Shown here one piece after another: positions 37,607 to 46,961 of a stretch of 64,000 nt of DNA. The DNA is taken from assembly GCA_050304475.1 (NCBI GenBank), contig JBNLDQ010000009.1, forward strand, positions 236,360-300,359, written 5' to 3'. The first letter of the stretch is position 1. Each line of letters opens with the position of its first letter. Under the pieces are notes generated by a model, which made no database searches, was not told the origin of the DNA, and was given only the letters and a program-made list of their open reading frames with translations. The stretch is from Turneriellaceae bacterium (lineage in GTDB: Bacteria; Spirochaetota; Leptospiria; Turneriellales; JAOUFE01). The position numbers and the translations under genes are program-made.

Positions 37607-38385
37607 TGAAAGTCGTCTCATGGAACGTCAACGGTATTCGCGCGGTTGAGCGCAAAGGGGCTATCCAGGAGCTGCTAAAAAAGCAATCGCCTGATATTTT
37701 GTTTCTGCAAGAAACAAAAGCCCGAAAAGAACAGCTCTCGAAATATCTTACACAAAATGAGCAATACCGCCAGCATTACCATTCCGCCGACCGGGCCGGT
37801 TACTCCGGGGTTTCTTTATGGATCGGCCCCAATATCAAAGCGCCGGTCGAGGTTTTCACAGGGATGCAAGGTTGGAACGACCATGAAGGGCGCGTCATCG
37901 GATTTACCTGCGGCGATTTTCTTTTTGCCGGCGTTTATTTCCCCAATGGAGGCAAAAGCGAAGAGGCCTGGCAAGAAAAGCTCCACTTTTACGATCACTT
38001 TTTAGAGCAGGTCAACGGATTTCGCAAAGACGGAAAAAAAGTAATCTGGTGCGGAGACTTAAATGTCGCCCATAACGAAATTGACCTGGCCAGGCCCAAA
38101 GAAAATGAAGGTAACATCGGCTTTCGCCCCGAAGAACGAAGCTGGGTAGACCGTGTGATTGGCGCCGGCTGGAAAGACATCTACCGCGCTCACCATCCCG
38201 ACAAGGTCAGCTACACATGGTGGAGCATGCAAACAAAAGCCAGAGAGCGAAACATTGGCTGGCGCATCGATTATTTTTTTCTTGATTCCGCCAATTTTGA
38301 TTTGGTCCAAAAGAGCGATCATTTAAACGACCAGATGGGGTCCGACCACTGCCCGGTTTTTCTTGATCTCGATTTGACGCTTTAA
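37606..38385 (+). CDS. xth: Exodeoxyribonuclease III
   Basis: SWNVNGIRA, LQETK, GYSGV, YFPNG, GDLNVAH, WRIDY and SDHCP. Confidence 0.95.
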   Translation: MKVVSWNVNGIRAVERKGAIQELLKKQSPDILFLQETKARKEQLSKYLTQNEQYRQHYHSADRAGYSGVSLWIGPNIKAPVEVFTGMQGWNDHEGRVIGFTCGDFLFAGVYFPNGGKSEEAWQEKLHFYDHFLEQVNGFRKDGKKVIWCGDLNVAHNEIDLARPKENEGNIGFRPEERSWVDRVIGAGWKDIYRAHHPDKVSYTWWSMQTKARERNIGWRIDYFFLDSANFDLVQKSDHLNDQMGSDHCPVFLDLDLTL

Positions 38386-38389
38386 ATCA

Positions 38390-38454
38390 TTCCCGCAAAC
38401 CCACCCCCCACCCAAAAGGGAGGGTGGCACAAGTGCCGCAAATTTTTCGCTCCC
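38390..38454 (+). repeat. Dispersed intergenic hairpin repeat, copy 5
   Basis: TTCCCGCAAACCCACCCCCCACCC-aaaa-GGGAGGGTGGCA...AATTTTTCGCTCCC, 4 nt after the xth stop. Confidence 0.75.
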
Positions 38455-38596
38455 TGTGAAATAAGTCGGTAATATGCGTAATTTTTTGCGCAATGAATTG
38501 AATTTAAACAAAAAAACATTGGCAAACAACCCTACCTTGTATGAATATACGAATGCTGTCAAAGCCACGGATAGCGGAAGCAGCCTGGCTTCAGCT

Positions 38597-38625
38597 GCCG
38601 GCCTTTTGGCAAACAAAAGGCCGGC
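38597..38625. other. Perfect 12-bp inverted repeat (hairpin) between convergent xth and hsp20
   Basis: GCCGGCCTTTTG-gcaaa-CAAAAGGCCGGC; positionally equivalent to CGGCCTG-acatg-CAGGCCG at 9435-9453. Confidence 0.7.
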
Positions 38626-38667
38626 GAATCTCCGCACACTGACGTGTGGTCCAATGCCCGGTATATG

Positions 38668-39111
38668 CTATTTAATTTTCACTTCAATTTGCTTGGGTTT
38701 TTCCTCTTCTGATTTCGGAACAACAAGGCTCAAAATGCCGTCTTTATAAGTGGCTTCGATTTTATCAGCCTTCACTCCTGTGGGCATCGTAAAGCTACGG
38801 ATAAAGGAACCATAGCTGCATTCGACCAAGTGGTGTTTTTTATCCTTTTCTTCTTTCTCAAATTTTTTTTCGCCTTTGATTGTCAGGACGCCGTTTTCAA
38901 TAGAGACTGCCACATCTTCTTTTTGAACCCCCGGAAGTTCGGCGCGAATTACAAATTCTTCTTTTTTTTCATCGATATCAACGGTAGGCATCCAGTCACC
39001 GGACAGTATGCCTCCATCGCCCTTTTTTGCCAATGAACGCCGGCTGGAACGGGCATACCGGTCAAGTAAATCTTCCATTTCACGGAATGGATCCCAAACA
39101 GTTAAGTTCAT
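38668..39111 (-). CDS. Small heat-shock protein Hsp20/alpha-crystallin
   Basis: WDPFREM, PTVDI.E, AELPGV, LTIKGEK, YGSFIRSFTMP, YKDGIL...PK and IEVK; GGAGG RBS. Confidence 0.93.
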   Translation of the reverse strand: MNLTVWDPFREMEDLLDRYARSSRRSLAKKGDGGILSGDWMPTVDIDEKKEEFVIRAELPGVQKEDVAVSIENGVLTIKGEKKFEKEEKDKKHHLVECSYGSFIRSFTMPTGVKADKIEATYKDGILSLVVPKSEEEKPKQIEVKIK

Positions 39112-39162
39112 ATTTTTCCCTCCATGCTGTACAAAGATAAACAAACATCGAAAAAGAACTTA

Positions 39163-39189
39163 TTAGCACTCTCTTTGGATATTTGCTAA
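39163..39189. promoter_or_regulatory. CIRCE (HrcA operator) upstream of hsp20
   Basis: TTAGCACTC-N9-ATTTGCTAA against the consensus TTAGCACTC-N9-GAGTGCTAA (9/9 and 6/9 matches), about 50 nt upstream of a heat-shock gene. Confidence 0.8.
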
Positions 39190-39215
39190 TATTTAGATAT
39201 AAAATATCAATAAAA

Positions 39216-39243
39216 TTGACAATATTTTTTTACGAAGTATCAT
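39216..39243 (+). promoter_or_regulatory. Putative sigma70 promoter for crcB-dsbD
   Basis: TTGACA-N16-TATCAT. Confidence 0.45.
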
Positions 39244-39308
39244 AAATTATCCCGATTCAAAAGAAGGAAAAACCCTTTACAGCAAATCTTCCGGAGTAAA
39301 ATTCTTTT

Positions 39309-39698
39309 ATGCACACAATTGTCTGGATTATGCTGGGCGGAGCAATGGGAGCTTCAATGCGGTATATGGTCATCCGCCAGATTGCCATGCGCATTGAGCA
39401 TGTATTCCCTTGGCCAACCTTAATTGTCAACTTAACCGGCTCATTGATCATTGGCTTGCTTTGGGGAATATTTGAGGCGCATGAAATTTCGCATAATGTC
39501 CGTAATTTAATTTTTATCGGTATTTTAGGCTCTTTTACCACATTTTCCAGCTACTCCAACGAGATCTTGCTCTTGCTGCGAGAACACTTATACGGCCCTG
39601 CCTTTTTGAATATTCTGTTGCACAATATCGGCGGCATTTCTCTTGCATACCTGGGTTACCTCACCGGCAAATGGGGGACCGAGAATTTGTTTGGATAA
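39309..39698 (+). CDS. crcB: Fluoride efflux channel FluC/CrcB
   Basis: GGAMGASMRY, FPWPTLIVNLTG and GILGSFTTFSS. Confidence 0.93.
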   Translation: MHTIVWIMLGGAMGASMRYMVIRQIAMRIEHVFPWPTLIVNLTGSLIIGLLWGIFEAHEISHNVRNLIFIGILGSFTTFSSYSNEILLLLREHLYGPAFLNILLHNIGGISLAYLGYLTGKWGTENLFG

Positions 39699-39736
39699 TA
39701 CTGGACATCCTGACCCCGCCTTTTGAGGTTTCCGGT

Positions 39737-40996
39737 ATGACATTCCAAGCACTCGGTATTGCGTTTTCTCAGGGTTTGATTTCTTCGCTCAGCGCCTGCG
39801 TTTATCCCTTGATTCCGATTACAACGGCCATATTCGGAGCGGGGCGAGTAGGTCATTGGATGGAGGGCTTTTTACTATCCAGTGTTTACGTCGCCGGGAT
39901 GTCCATAACATATGTTTCTCTTGGACTCATTGCCGCACTCGGAGGCTCTGTCTTTGGAGCTTATATGGGATCGTCTGAAGCGATTGTCATTTTTGCCGTC
40001 TTGTTCATACTTTTAGGACTTGGATTCCTGGGCGTCATTCCTTTGCCATTGCCCAACCTGGGCGATAAACTTCATGTTGAAAAAAAAGAGTCAATTCTTT
40101 ATCCCTTGATCTTGGGAATTTTTTCCGGGTTCATTGCGGCGCCTTGCACAGCGCCGTTGTTTGGAGCCTTAATGATCGATATCGCGCAAAACGCCGCTAA
40201 CGAAGCATCTTTATTGCCGGGAATCACCCAGGCACTTGCCTTTAGCCTGGGAATGGGGCTCCCTTTTTTATTTATTGGCGGCTTTGCTTTAAAATTGCCA
40301 AAACCAGGAAAGTGGCTGCAAGCGGTAAAATATGTCGGAGCGACCGTTCTTTTTGCTTCGGCTTTTCATTATCTTGAAGACCTTGTCGCCCCGTACCCGG
40401 CCGAATCATATCTTTTTCGGTACGCTTTTCTTGGCGCCGCAATTTTCTTTGTCTTCCTGGCGCTAAGCGAACCGCTTTCCGACGAACCCGTTACCGGTTT
40501 GCGGAGTAAATTTTCGCTGACTCTTTCTCTTTTTGTCGCCGCCTTTGGGCTTTTTCTGGCAACCTCTCCTTTGCGCACAACGAACGTTTCGTTCAGTTCG
40601 CAAGATATTTCCAATCAATCCGATTTTAAACCGGGCGAGCATGGCTGGTATAGCGACTACCAGGAAGGCCTTCGCGCTGCCGAAGAGAAGCAAACATTGG
40701 CGTTGATTGACTTCTGGGCGGAATGGTGCGCGGCTTGTTTTAAAATGGAAAAAGATCTTTTTACGTCGGACGAGTTCCGTGATTTTGTCGCTGCAAATAA
40801 TATTGTTCTTATCCGTCTTGACTTTACCGATACGGATACGCAGGAAAAAGAAGACATTGCCCAAAAATATGAAATTCACGGTTTACCTACGCTTGTGATT
40901 GCCGATGAAGACGGAGAGATGGTTGGCAAGATGCTTGGCTTTCGCAACAAAGAGCTCGCTTTGGAACGCCTTTCCGAAATTCTGGAAGAGCAATGA
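39737..40996 (+). CDS. DsbD/CcdA-like thiol:disulfide interchange protein with C-terminal thioredoxin
   Basis: SLSACVYPLIP and AAPCTAP TM cysteines, LPKPGKWL, and thioredoxin DFWAEWCAAC; the start may lie slightly upstream. Confidence 0.88.
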   Translation: MTFQALGIAFSQGLISSLSACVYPLIPITTAIFGAGRVGHWMEGFLLSSVYVAGMSITYVSLGLIAALGGSVFGAYMGSSEAIVIFAVLFILLGLGFLGVIPLPLPNLGDKLHVEKKESILYPLILGIFSGFIAAPCTAPLFGALMIDIAQNAANEASLLPGITQALAFSLGMGLPFLFIGGFALKLPKPGKWLQAVKYVGATVLFASAFHYLEDLVAPYPAESYLFRYAFLGAAIFFVFLALSEPLSDEPVTGLRSKFSLTLSLFVAAFGLFLATSPLRTTNVSFSSQDISNQSDFKPGEHGWYSDYQEGLRAAEEKQTLALIDFWAEWCAACFKMEKDLFTSDEFRDFVAANNIVLIRLDFTDTDTQEKEDIAQKYEIHGLPTLVIADEDGEMVGKMLGFRNKELALERLSEILEEQ

Positions 40997-41000
40997 TTAT

Positions 41001-41066
41001 TTCCCGCAAGCCCACCCCCCGCCCAAAAAAGGGAGGGCGGTAAAAAAGCCTGAATTTTTCGCTCCC
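41001..41066 (+). repeat. Dispersed intergenic hairpin repeat, copy 6
   Basis: TTCCCGCAAGCCCACCCCCCGCCC-aaaaaa-GGGAGGGCGG...AATTTTTCGCTCCC, 4 nt after the dsbD-like stop; closest to copy 5. Confidence 0.75.
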
Positions 41067-41228
41067 ATAATAATACTGAAGTATTTTCGTTTTTTACGAT
41101 AATATTATTGTTTTCGGTTTATCCATAAGGTATATTGGTGGTTCTAATTACGGGACAAAAATATAAATAATAGTAAATGTTCAAAGTACCGATAGAGTTA
41201 AAATCCATAACGTGCAAAGAGTTTAATC

Positions 41229-42107
41229 ATGAGTTTTTTTAGTAAAATTGAAATTCCTCCCATGCCCCAGGTGGTAAATAAAATCCTGGAAATCGATGAA
41301 AACAATATTGAATTATCTTTTGATGAGCTCCGCACTTTAATTTCAGCCGACCCGGGGCTGGTAACGAAAATCCTGAAATTGGCCAATAGTCCGTTTTATT
41401 CGCGAATGAATAACATTACAGATCTTCAGCAAGCAATTTCCCTTTTGGGTTTTAAAAGTATCAAGAGCCTTACCCTGCTTGTTTCCATTTCTCGCCTCAT
41501 CCCCGATCAGGCTCGCAATCTGGAAATACAACGCGAGCTCTGGATGCGCTCCATCATGCGCGGTCTAATTACAAAAACAGCGGCGCAAAAAATGGGAATG
41601 CGTTCCGAACAAGAATCCGCCTTTATGATGGCGCTTCTACGCAATATTGGTCAATTCATTATGCAAAGCCGCTTTCCAGGGATATATGATCAAATGTTCG
41701 GTAAATCGCATATGGGAATGGATAAGCAGGCTTTGTCGGCGTTAGAAGATGAAAATTTCGGTATCTCTTCAGACAGGATGTCCAAGTTAATTATGCAGCG
41801 TTGGAACTTCCCCGATGAATTTATTTGCATTGCGACAGTGTCCCCGGACGACCCCGAGGCGGCCCAATCCGGTTGCGGCAGCAAAGCGGCCCTTGTCTGT
41901 TTTGCCGAAGTCATTTTGTTTCTCAAACGCTTTACAAAGCATATTCCCGATAACCGGCAATACCGGGACTACTACGCCGACCTTTATGAAAAGTATGTTA
42001 CCTTTTACAAGCTTGATGATAAGAATCGCGATTTCTTTCTCAACAAACTCGAAAGCACTTTTCAATCGGATGATTTGTTTGCTTTTTGCGAAGAACTCTT
42101 TGCCTGA
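41229..42107 (+). CDS. HDOD domain protein
   Basis: IPPMPQV, DPGLVTKILKLANSPFY, AISLLG, LLRNIG and RWNFP. Confidence 0.9.
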   Translation: MSFFSKIEIPPMPQVVNKILEIDENNIELSFDELRTLISADPGLVTKILKLANSPFYSRMNNITDLQQAISLLGFKSIKSLTLLVSISRLIPDQARNLEIQRELWMRSIMRGLITKTAAQKMGMRSEQESAFMMALLRNIGQFIMQSRFPGIYDQMFGKSHMGMDKQALSALEDENFGISSDRMSKLIMQRWNFPDEFICIATVSPDDPEAAQSGCGSKAALVCFAEVILFLKRFTKHIPDNRQYRDYYADLYEKYVTFYKLDDKNRDFFLNKLESTFQSDDLFAFCEELFA

Positions 42108-42159
42108 TAACCCGGTCATGATGGCGCACAACGCGCCCTTGCGCCGCCTGACTTGCCAA

Positions 42160-43341
42160 TTAATTATGAAGACTGTTTGCACCCATATAACGATCATACG
42201 CCTGTATGCTCAATAAACCCAGATATTCGTGAATATCGGCAATGATTTGGTTCCCGTTGGCGATTTCGGCAATTTGGGCATACTGATGATATTTGCTCTT
42301 TTTATATTCATCAAACTCGCTGTGGCTTAGCCGCACCGATTCACCGGCATGCCCCTCGGGGAGACATCCGTCAATGACATGCCCCGGCTCTTTCGGAATC
42401 GCCCGTTCTCGCTCTTCATCATTCATTGATAAAATAATCTGCGTATAATCGATTTTCAAACGCTTTAAAACCGCAGCTCTCTCCAATGTTTCACCTAAAT
42501 CGCCGGGCGCACCGTCGGTGATTAAAATCATTTTATTTTGCATATCCGGCTGCCGGTTTGCCAACGCCTTTTTAAAAAAACTGTCATAACAAGTCTCTTT
42601 TTTTTCCAGCTCTTTACCTGAAATCGGATAGCCTATTTCTCTGCACTCGCTTGAAAAAGCATACACATGGATCTTTGTTCTTTGAAAAATTTGTTGTATC
42701 ATGGCGCACAAATCATTGACCGCTTTTACCATGTACCTTCGGCGAAGATCGCTGATACTGAACGAATAATCAACCCCCAGGTGTAAGACAACCGGCCTGT
42801 CATCCGGAATATGAAATTTACTTTGCAACTGTTTCGCCAGAATATCGGAAAACAAAATCTTCAAATCAAGGTTGTGAAACAGCGACGGGAACGCCTTGTT
42901 AGCCGCTGTATCCTGAAAGGGAACCACCAAATCAAATGAGTTGTACCGGTCCAACTTCAGGTATGATTTTTCAATGGCGGGGTGAAAGGGCAAAGAGCCG
43001 CTCGTATCAATTTGATATTTTTGATCCAGCTCCGATTTTTGCTTTTGAAAATGATTGCGGCACTCGTTTAAATAGACAATTTTTTCTTTTGCCTCGCGCA
43101 GTTCTTTGCCCAGCCTGGTTGCATACGCCCCGGAAGCTTCAGCCACCAAAACTTGTTTTCTTTGTAAAAAATGGTACTTTTGATTTAAATCTCGAATCAA
43201 GCCCTGCGTCAAAGGCGGGAAACCGGTTAGCTCGGGCGGCAAACCCCCGTTGACCGAGATTCCCCCCAGGACAATCTGCCCCGGCTGCAGCCGGTCCCAA
43301 GGGACCTTTAGCAACGATTGCAACCCCTCGAGACTAATCAT
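42160..43341 (-). CDS. Hypothetical protein with vWA-like domain
   Basis: MIDAS-like VDYSFS (DxSxS), HVYAFS and MILITDGAP. Confidence 0.6.
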   Translation of the reverse strand: MISLEGLQSLLKVPWDRLQPGQIVLGGISVNGGLPPELTGFPPLTQGLIRDLNQKYHFLQRKQVLVAEASGAYATRLGKELREAKEKIVYLNECRNHFQKQKSELDQKYQIDTSGSLPFHPAIEKSYLKLDRYNSFDLVVPFQDTAANKAFPSLFHNLDLKILFSDILAKQLQSKFHIPDDRPVVLHLGVDYSFSISDLRRRYMVKAVNDLCAMIQQIFQRTKIHVYAFSSECREIGYPISGKELEKKETCYDSFFKKALANRQPDMQNKMILITDGAPGDLGETLERAAVLKRLKIDYTQIILSMNDEERERAIPKEPGHVIDGCLPEGHAGESVRLSHSEFDEYKKSKYHQYAQIAEIANGNQIIADIHEYLGLLSIQAYDRYMGANSLHN

Positions 43342-43342
43342 T

Positions 43343-46285
43343 TTAATATTCGTACCCGACCGAAAAATTGCCCTCCCATTTTCGTATTGGCAAATAACTC
43401 ACCAAGTCCCAGGGAGTGGCCCAATCGATTTTCAATAAAAAACCGGGCACTAAAATAATGCGCATGCCAAGACCGTACGACATTTTCAAATCGTCCAGTC
43501 GCCCGGTATCGGGGTCATAGGTTCTCCAGCGGGAAGGTTCGTCAATGGCTCCCCCCAGGTCGACAAAAGCGACCCCGGAAAACCCGCGGGTGGCCCATTG
43601 AACAGGCAACCCAAAGATAATATAATCCACCAGTGGAAACCGCAATTCAAGTTTGCTCATTAATGCATACTTGCCCTGGATACTCAGAAACGGATGACCG
43701 CGCAAGGTATTGTAGCCGCCCAACAACCAGGGGAAATACTCTCCCTGCGGCCCGCCTGAAATTCCGCCAAAAATGCGGCTAACGAAAACGGAGCGGTTCC
43801 CTAGCAGCAAATACCCGCGAAAATCGGTTTCAAACCTGTTGTAAACATAATCTTCTCCGAATAAATTCATTGTCTGGTTATCATTGACGCGTACGCTCAA
43901 ACCCTTCAAGGGACCGGCATAAGAGTATAAAACATTGTTATATTGCAACCCCGCATTGATCCCGTAAATATTGGTTTTAATATCTTGCCGTTCATACTCT
44001 TTTGGCAAATCTTCATAAAAAATTTCTTCATATCTTGAGACTTCCAGCCCCAGGGCTAAAATGAAAAAAGAGTTGATCGGGTAAGCGGCCGATGCCACCG
44101 CCCCTTCGCGATAGATAGAACGGGTCACAAAATTCGGATTATAGATAAAATCATTGATTGTTCTCAAATCGGTGAAATTTAAAATACTATAGAAGTTCGA
44201 CGCGCGAAAACCCGTAAAATACCAGTCGATTCTGTTTTTCAAATAGGCATACTTAATTTGATAATTTTCGCTTTGGCTGGCCGCGTCAACAAACGCCTCA
44301 AACATATGGTTGCCCATATACTCATCAATCGTCAGATAAATAAAACCGCCCGGGCCATAATAGTTGGAATACTGGAAACCGAGAAAAAAGCGGTCAATGG
44401 AAAAACGCGGGAAATACTCTTTTTCAACGACAGCCGAAAGGTCGTCCGGGGCGGCAGGAAATTCACGATGAGAAAAGTCGGGCCGTTTTTCGCCACCCTG
44501 GGGCGCCGCCGGCAATTTGTTTTTTTCAATCACGCCAATATCGTACCGTTGCTTTCGGTAAAACGAGAAAAGATACACACTTTCATCTTGATCGCTTTGC
44601 GCCTGCAAGATGGCGCCGGCTGCATCCGTTAGTTGCCGGCTTTCCCCGGATTCGGTATCCATAGAAAAAGCGTTTAAAATACCGGTTTGGTCGGAAATAT
44701 ATAAAAGTGTACTGTCGCCGACAGCGAACGGGTTGAGCTGGTTTCCTTCGTTAAAAGTAAGTTGCCGGTTTTCTCCGGTCTCTATATTGTAAGCGAATAA
44801 ATGATAAACCGCCGATTCAATATTTTGTTCTGCGTTTCGGTTTGATGAGTAATAGATTGTTTTACCGTCACTGGAAAAAGTGGCGTGCTTTTCATTAAAA
44901 TAGTCGTCGGTAATGTTGCGTAATTTTCCGGTTTCCAGGTTTAAAACATATAGGTCGGCGCGTCCTTTTGCCAGACCGGTAAAAACAGCTTGTTTGCCGT
45001 CAGCCGCCAAATCGGGAAATTGAACGGTATCAACCCCCGGAGACCAGCTCTCTACAACTTTCCGTTTTTCAATATCAAACAAATAGAGAACGTCTTTGCC
45101 CCGCCCCTGGGCGCAAAAAAATATTTTTTGGGAATCGGGAGTAAACGAGATGCGGTTGTCAAGAAAATGAAGCGCTTTAAATCGCGAGTTGTTCCCGCCC
45201 GTTAACAACACCTTTTCTTTGCTCTCTTTGTTCGGCTCATCTTTCTCAGGCTTGAGCGTGTAATCGGGTTTATCGCTATTGAGATCCATCTCTTTTAACA
45301 CAAGCACGGGTTGGTATTTGCGCGAAGTTAAATAGACCATAGTCTTTCCATCGGGTGAAATGGACGGATGAATATTAAAACCGGCGGAATACTCTTCTCC
45401 GTCGGTTAAAATATGAGCCTGCTCTCGATCTACCTTACGCTCGATTTCTTTATAATAATTGCGTTTGAGCCAAAGATGCCATTCGTCATTTAGACGGGAA
45501 GTCGAGATGCCAAGGTTGGTTTTTATCGCATCATTAAAACGTTGCTGGTCGCGCGCGTCTTTTAAAAGTTCGCCGATTTTTTTCAGACCATACGTTTCAT
45601 CAATATAGTACATGAGAGATTGCCCGGCCTTATAGAGCATGTAAGTATTGGAAACCTGCATGTAGGTCATTTGATCGACTGTTGGCATGGTATCGCTCAA
45701 AACCGCATCGCGGATTGTCATTTCGCCCGACTGGTCCCAACCGATTGAAAGATATTCGGCCATCCCCTCCATCAACCACAAAGGAGCCGAAAAAGACGCA
45801 GCCATAGATATGGAGTTATCGGCCATTAAAATATCGTATTGAAACACATGAACCAACTCATGGCTCAACACATGCCGAAATTGATCGTAGCCTCCCATAA
45901 AGGGGATCACCACTCTCTTTTTTCTGGATTCCGTAAACCCGCCGGTTGATTCGTCGATGAACCCCATCGTAATATTTGTCATTTGAAAATGACGATGCGA
46001 AGGGTAAATGTAGATTGAAATGGCCTCGGAAAGTTTGTGCTGTAGCGTTTCGCTAAGATAAATATTCGCTTCTTCCGCATAACGAAGCGCATGACGCCCC
46101 AGCTCTTCGTAGCCTTCCGGGTAGTGTATATCGAAAAAACGGCTGCTCAAAACCTGCCATTGAAAATTTTCCCAGTTTACTTTGACCCCCTGCCCGTACC
46201 CCGGCAAAACCGGAAACGACAATAAAAGGGTCAAAAAAGGAATGTAAAACACCCCTCGCCGAAAATTTAAATACCGATTTTTCAT
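43343..46285 (-). CDS. Omp85-family outer-membrane protein with N-terminal gluzincin peptidase-like domain and TolB/WD40-like propeller
   Basis: HELVH...PLWLMEGMAEY, repeated PSISPDG/FSSDGK propeller motifs, LGGYNTLRGH (Omp85 RGY/F-like), ELRFP, SYGLGMR and C-terminal FSVGYEY. Confidence 0.85.
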   Translation of the reverse strand: MKNRYLNFRRGVFYIPFLTLLLSFPVLPGYGQGVKVNWENFQWQVLSSRFFDIHYPEGYEELGRHALRYAEEANIYLSETLQHKLSEAISIYIYPSHRHFQMTNITMGFIDESTGGFTESRKKRVVIPFMGGYDQFRHVLSHELVHVFQYDILMADNSISMAASFSAPLWLMEGMAEYLSIGWDQSGEMTIRDAVLSDTMPTVDQMTYMQVSNTYMLYKAGQSLMYYIDETYGLKKIGELLKDARDQQRFNDAIKTNLGISTSRLNDEWHLWLKRNYYKEIERKVDREQAHILTDGEEYSAGFNIHPSISPDGKTMVYLTSRKYQPVLVLKEMDLNSDKPDYTLKPEKDEPNKESKEKVLLTGGNNSRFKALHFLDNRISFTPDSQKIFFCAQGRGKDVLYLFDIEKRKVVESWSPGVDTVQFPDLAADGKQAVFTGLAKGRADLYVLNLETGKLRNITDDYFNEKHATFSSDGKTIYYSSNRNAEQNIESAVYHLFAYNIETGENRQLTFNEGNQLNPFAVGDSTLLYISDQTGILNAFSMDTESGESRQLTDAAGAILQAQSDQDESVYLFSFYRKQRYDIGVIEKNKLPAAPQGGEKRPDFSHREFPAAPDDLSAVVEKEYFPRFSIDRFFLGFQYSNYYGPGGFIYLTIDEYMGNHMFEAFVDAASQSENYQIKYAYLKNRIDWYFTGFRASNFYSILNFTDLRTINDFIYNPNFVTRSIYREGAVASAAYPINSFFILALGLEVSRYEEIFYEDLPKEYERQDIKTNIYGINAGLQYNNVLYSYAGPLKGLSVRVNDNQTMNLFGEDYVYNRFETDFRGYLLLGNRSVFVSRIFGGISGGPQGEYFPWLLGGYNTLRGHPFLSIQGKYALMSKLELRFPLVDYIIFGLPVQWATRGFSGVAFVDLGGAIDEPSRWRTYDPDTGRLDDLKMSYGLGMRIILVPGFLLKIDWATPWDLVSYLPIRKWEGNFSVGYEY

Positions 46286-46420
46286 GCATTCATTTCCGAA
46301 AAGCCGGCATGGCTTAACGGTCGCTTATTTTATGCAGGGCCGGCAAAATCTTTTGAACTTATATACCACCGCCTCGAACCGGAAACATATGATCCATTGG
46401 AGCGCCAACCCCTGTGCCAT

Positions 46421-46855
46421 TTATTTAAATATTTCAAGAAGTTCAATCTCAAAAATCAAAGTTGAATTGGGCGGAATCAGTCTCCCGATTTGCTGAGAAC
46501 CATACCCGAGGTGGGGAGGAATCGTCAGTTTGCGAACGCCGCCGGGTTTCATTCCGATCAATCCCTGGTCCCAACCTTTGATTACCTGGCCAATGCCTAC
46601 GGTGAAAATCAACGGGTTCCCGCGTTCGCGAGAGTTATCAAACTGGGTTCCATCGGCAAGAGTGCCGATGTAATGAACAGACACTCTCATGTCTTTTTGA
46701 ACGGCCATGCCTGCGCCTTCTTTGAGATCTTCGATAATCAGCTCGCCGCTTGGCTCGGCGCCTTCGGCAAACGGCCGGATCTCCGGCTTTTTCTTTTCTC
46801 CACAGGCTCCAACGGTTATAATCATTGCAATTAGTGCGATAGCTGCTTTTTTCAT
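46421..46855 (-). CDS. FKBP-type peptidyl-prolyl isomerase lipoprotein
   Basis: VHYIGTL.DG.QFDNS, GQVIKGWDQG, IPPHLGYG and IPPNSTLIFEIEL; lipobox VGAC. Confidence 0.93.
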   Translation of the reverse strand: MKKAAIALIAMIITVGACGEKKKPEIRPFAEGAEPSGELIIEDLKEGAGMAVQKDMRVSVHYIGTLADGTQFDNSRERGNPLIFTVGIGQVIKGWDQGLIGMKPGGVRKLTIPPHLGYGSQQIGRLIPPNSTLIFEIELLEIFK

Positions 46856-46961
46856 ATTCCCTCCGGAAGTGTTATTCATTTTCTTCGATAAACTGTTTAA
46901 CAAGCGCGCAAACAGTCTGTAAACACATTTGACGAATTCCCGTCAAAATGAAATTGGCGCA

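Noticed and set aside
39245-39308. Fluoride riboswitch upstream of crcB
   Set aside because: The GGCGATGG...TGAYRCCT-type consensus is not present.
4896-41066. Repeat copies as a CRISPR array or integron attC sites
   Set aside because: The copies are dispersed and diverged, with no regular spacers. There are no cas or intI genes and no consistent RYYYAAC/GTTRRRY core pair.
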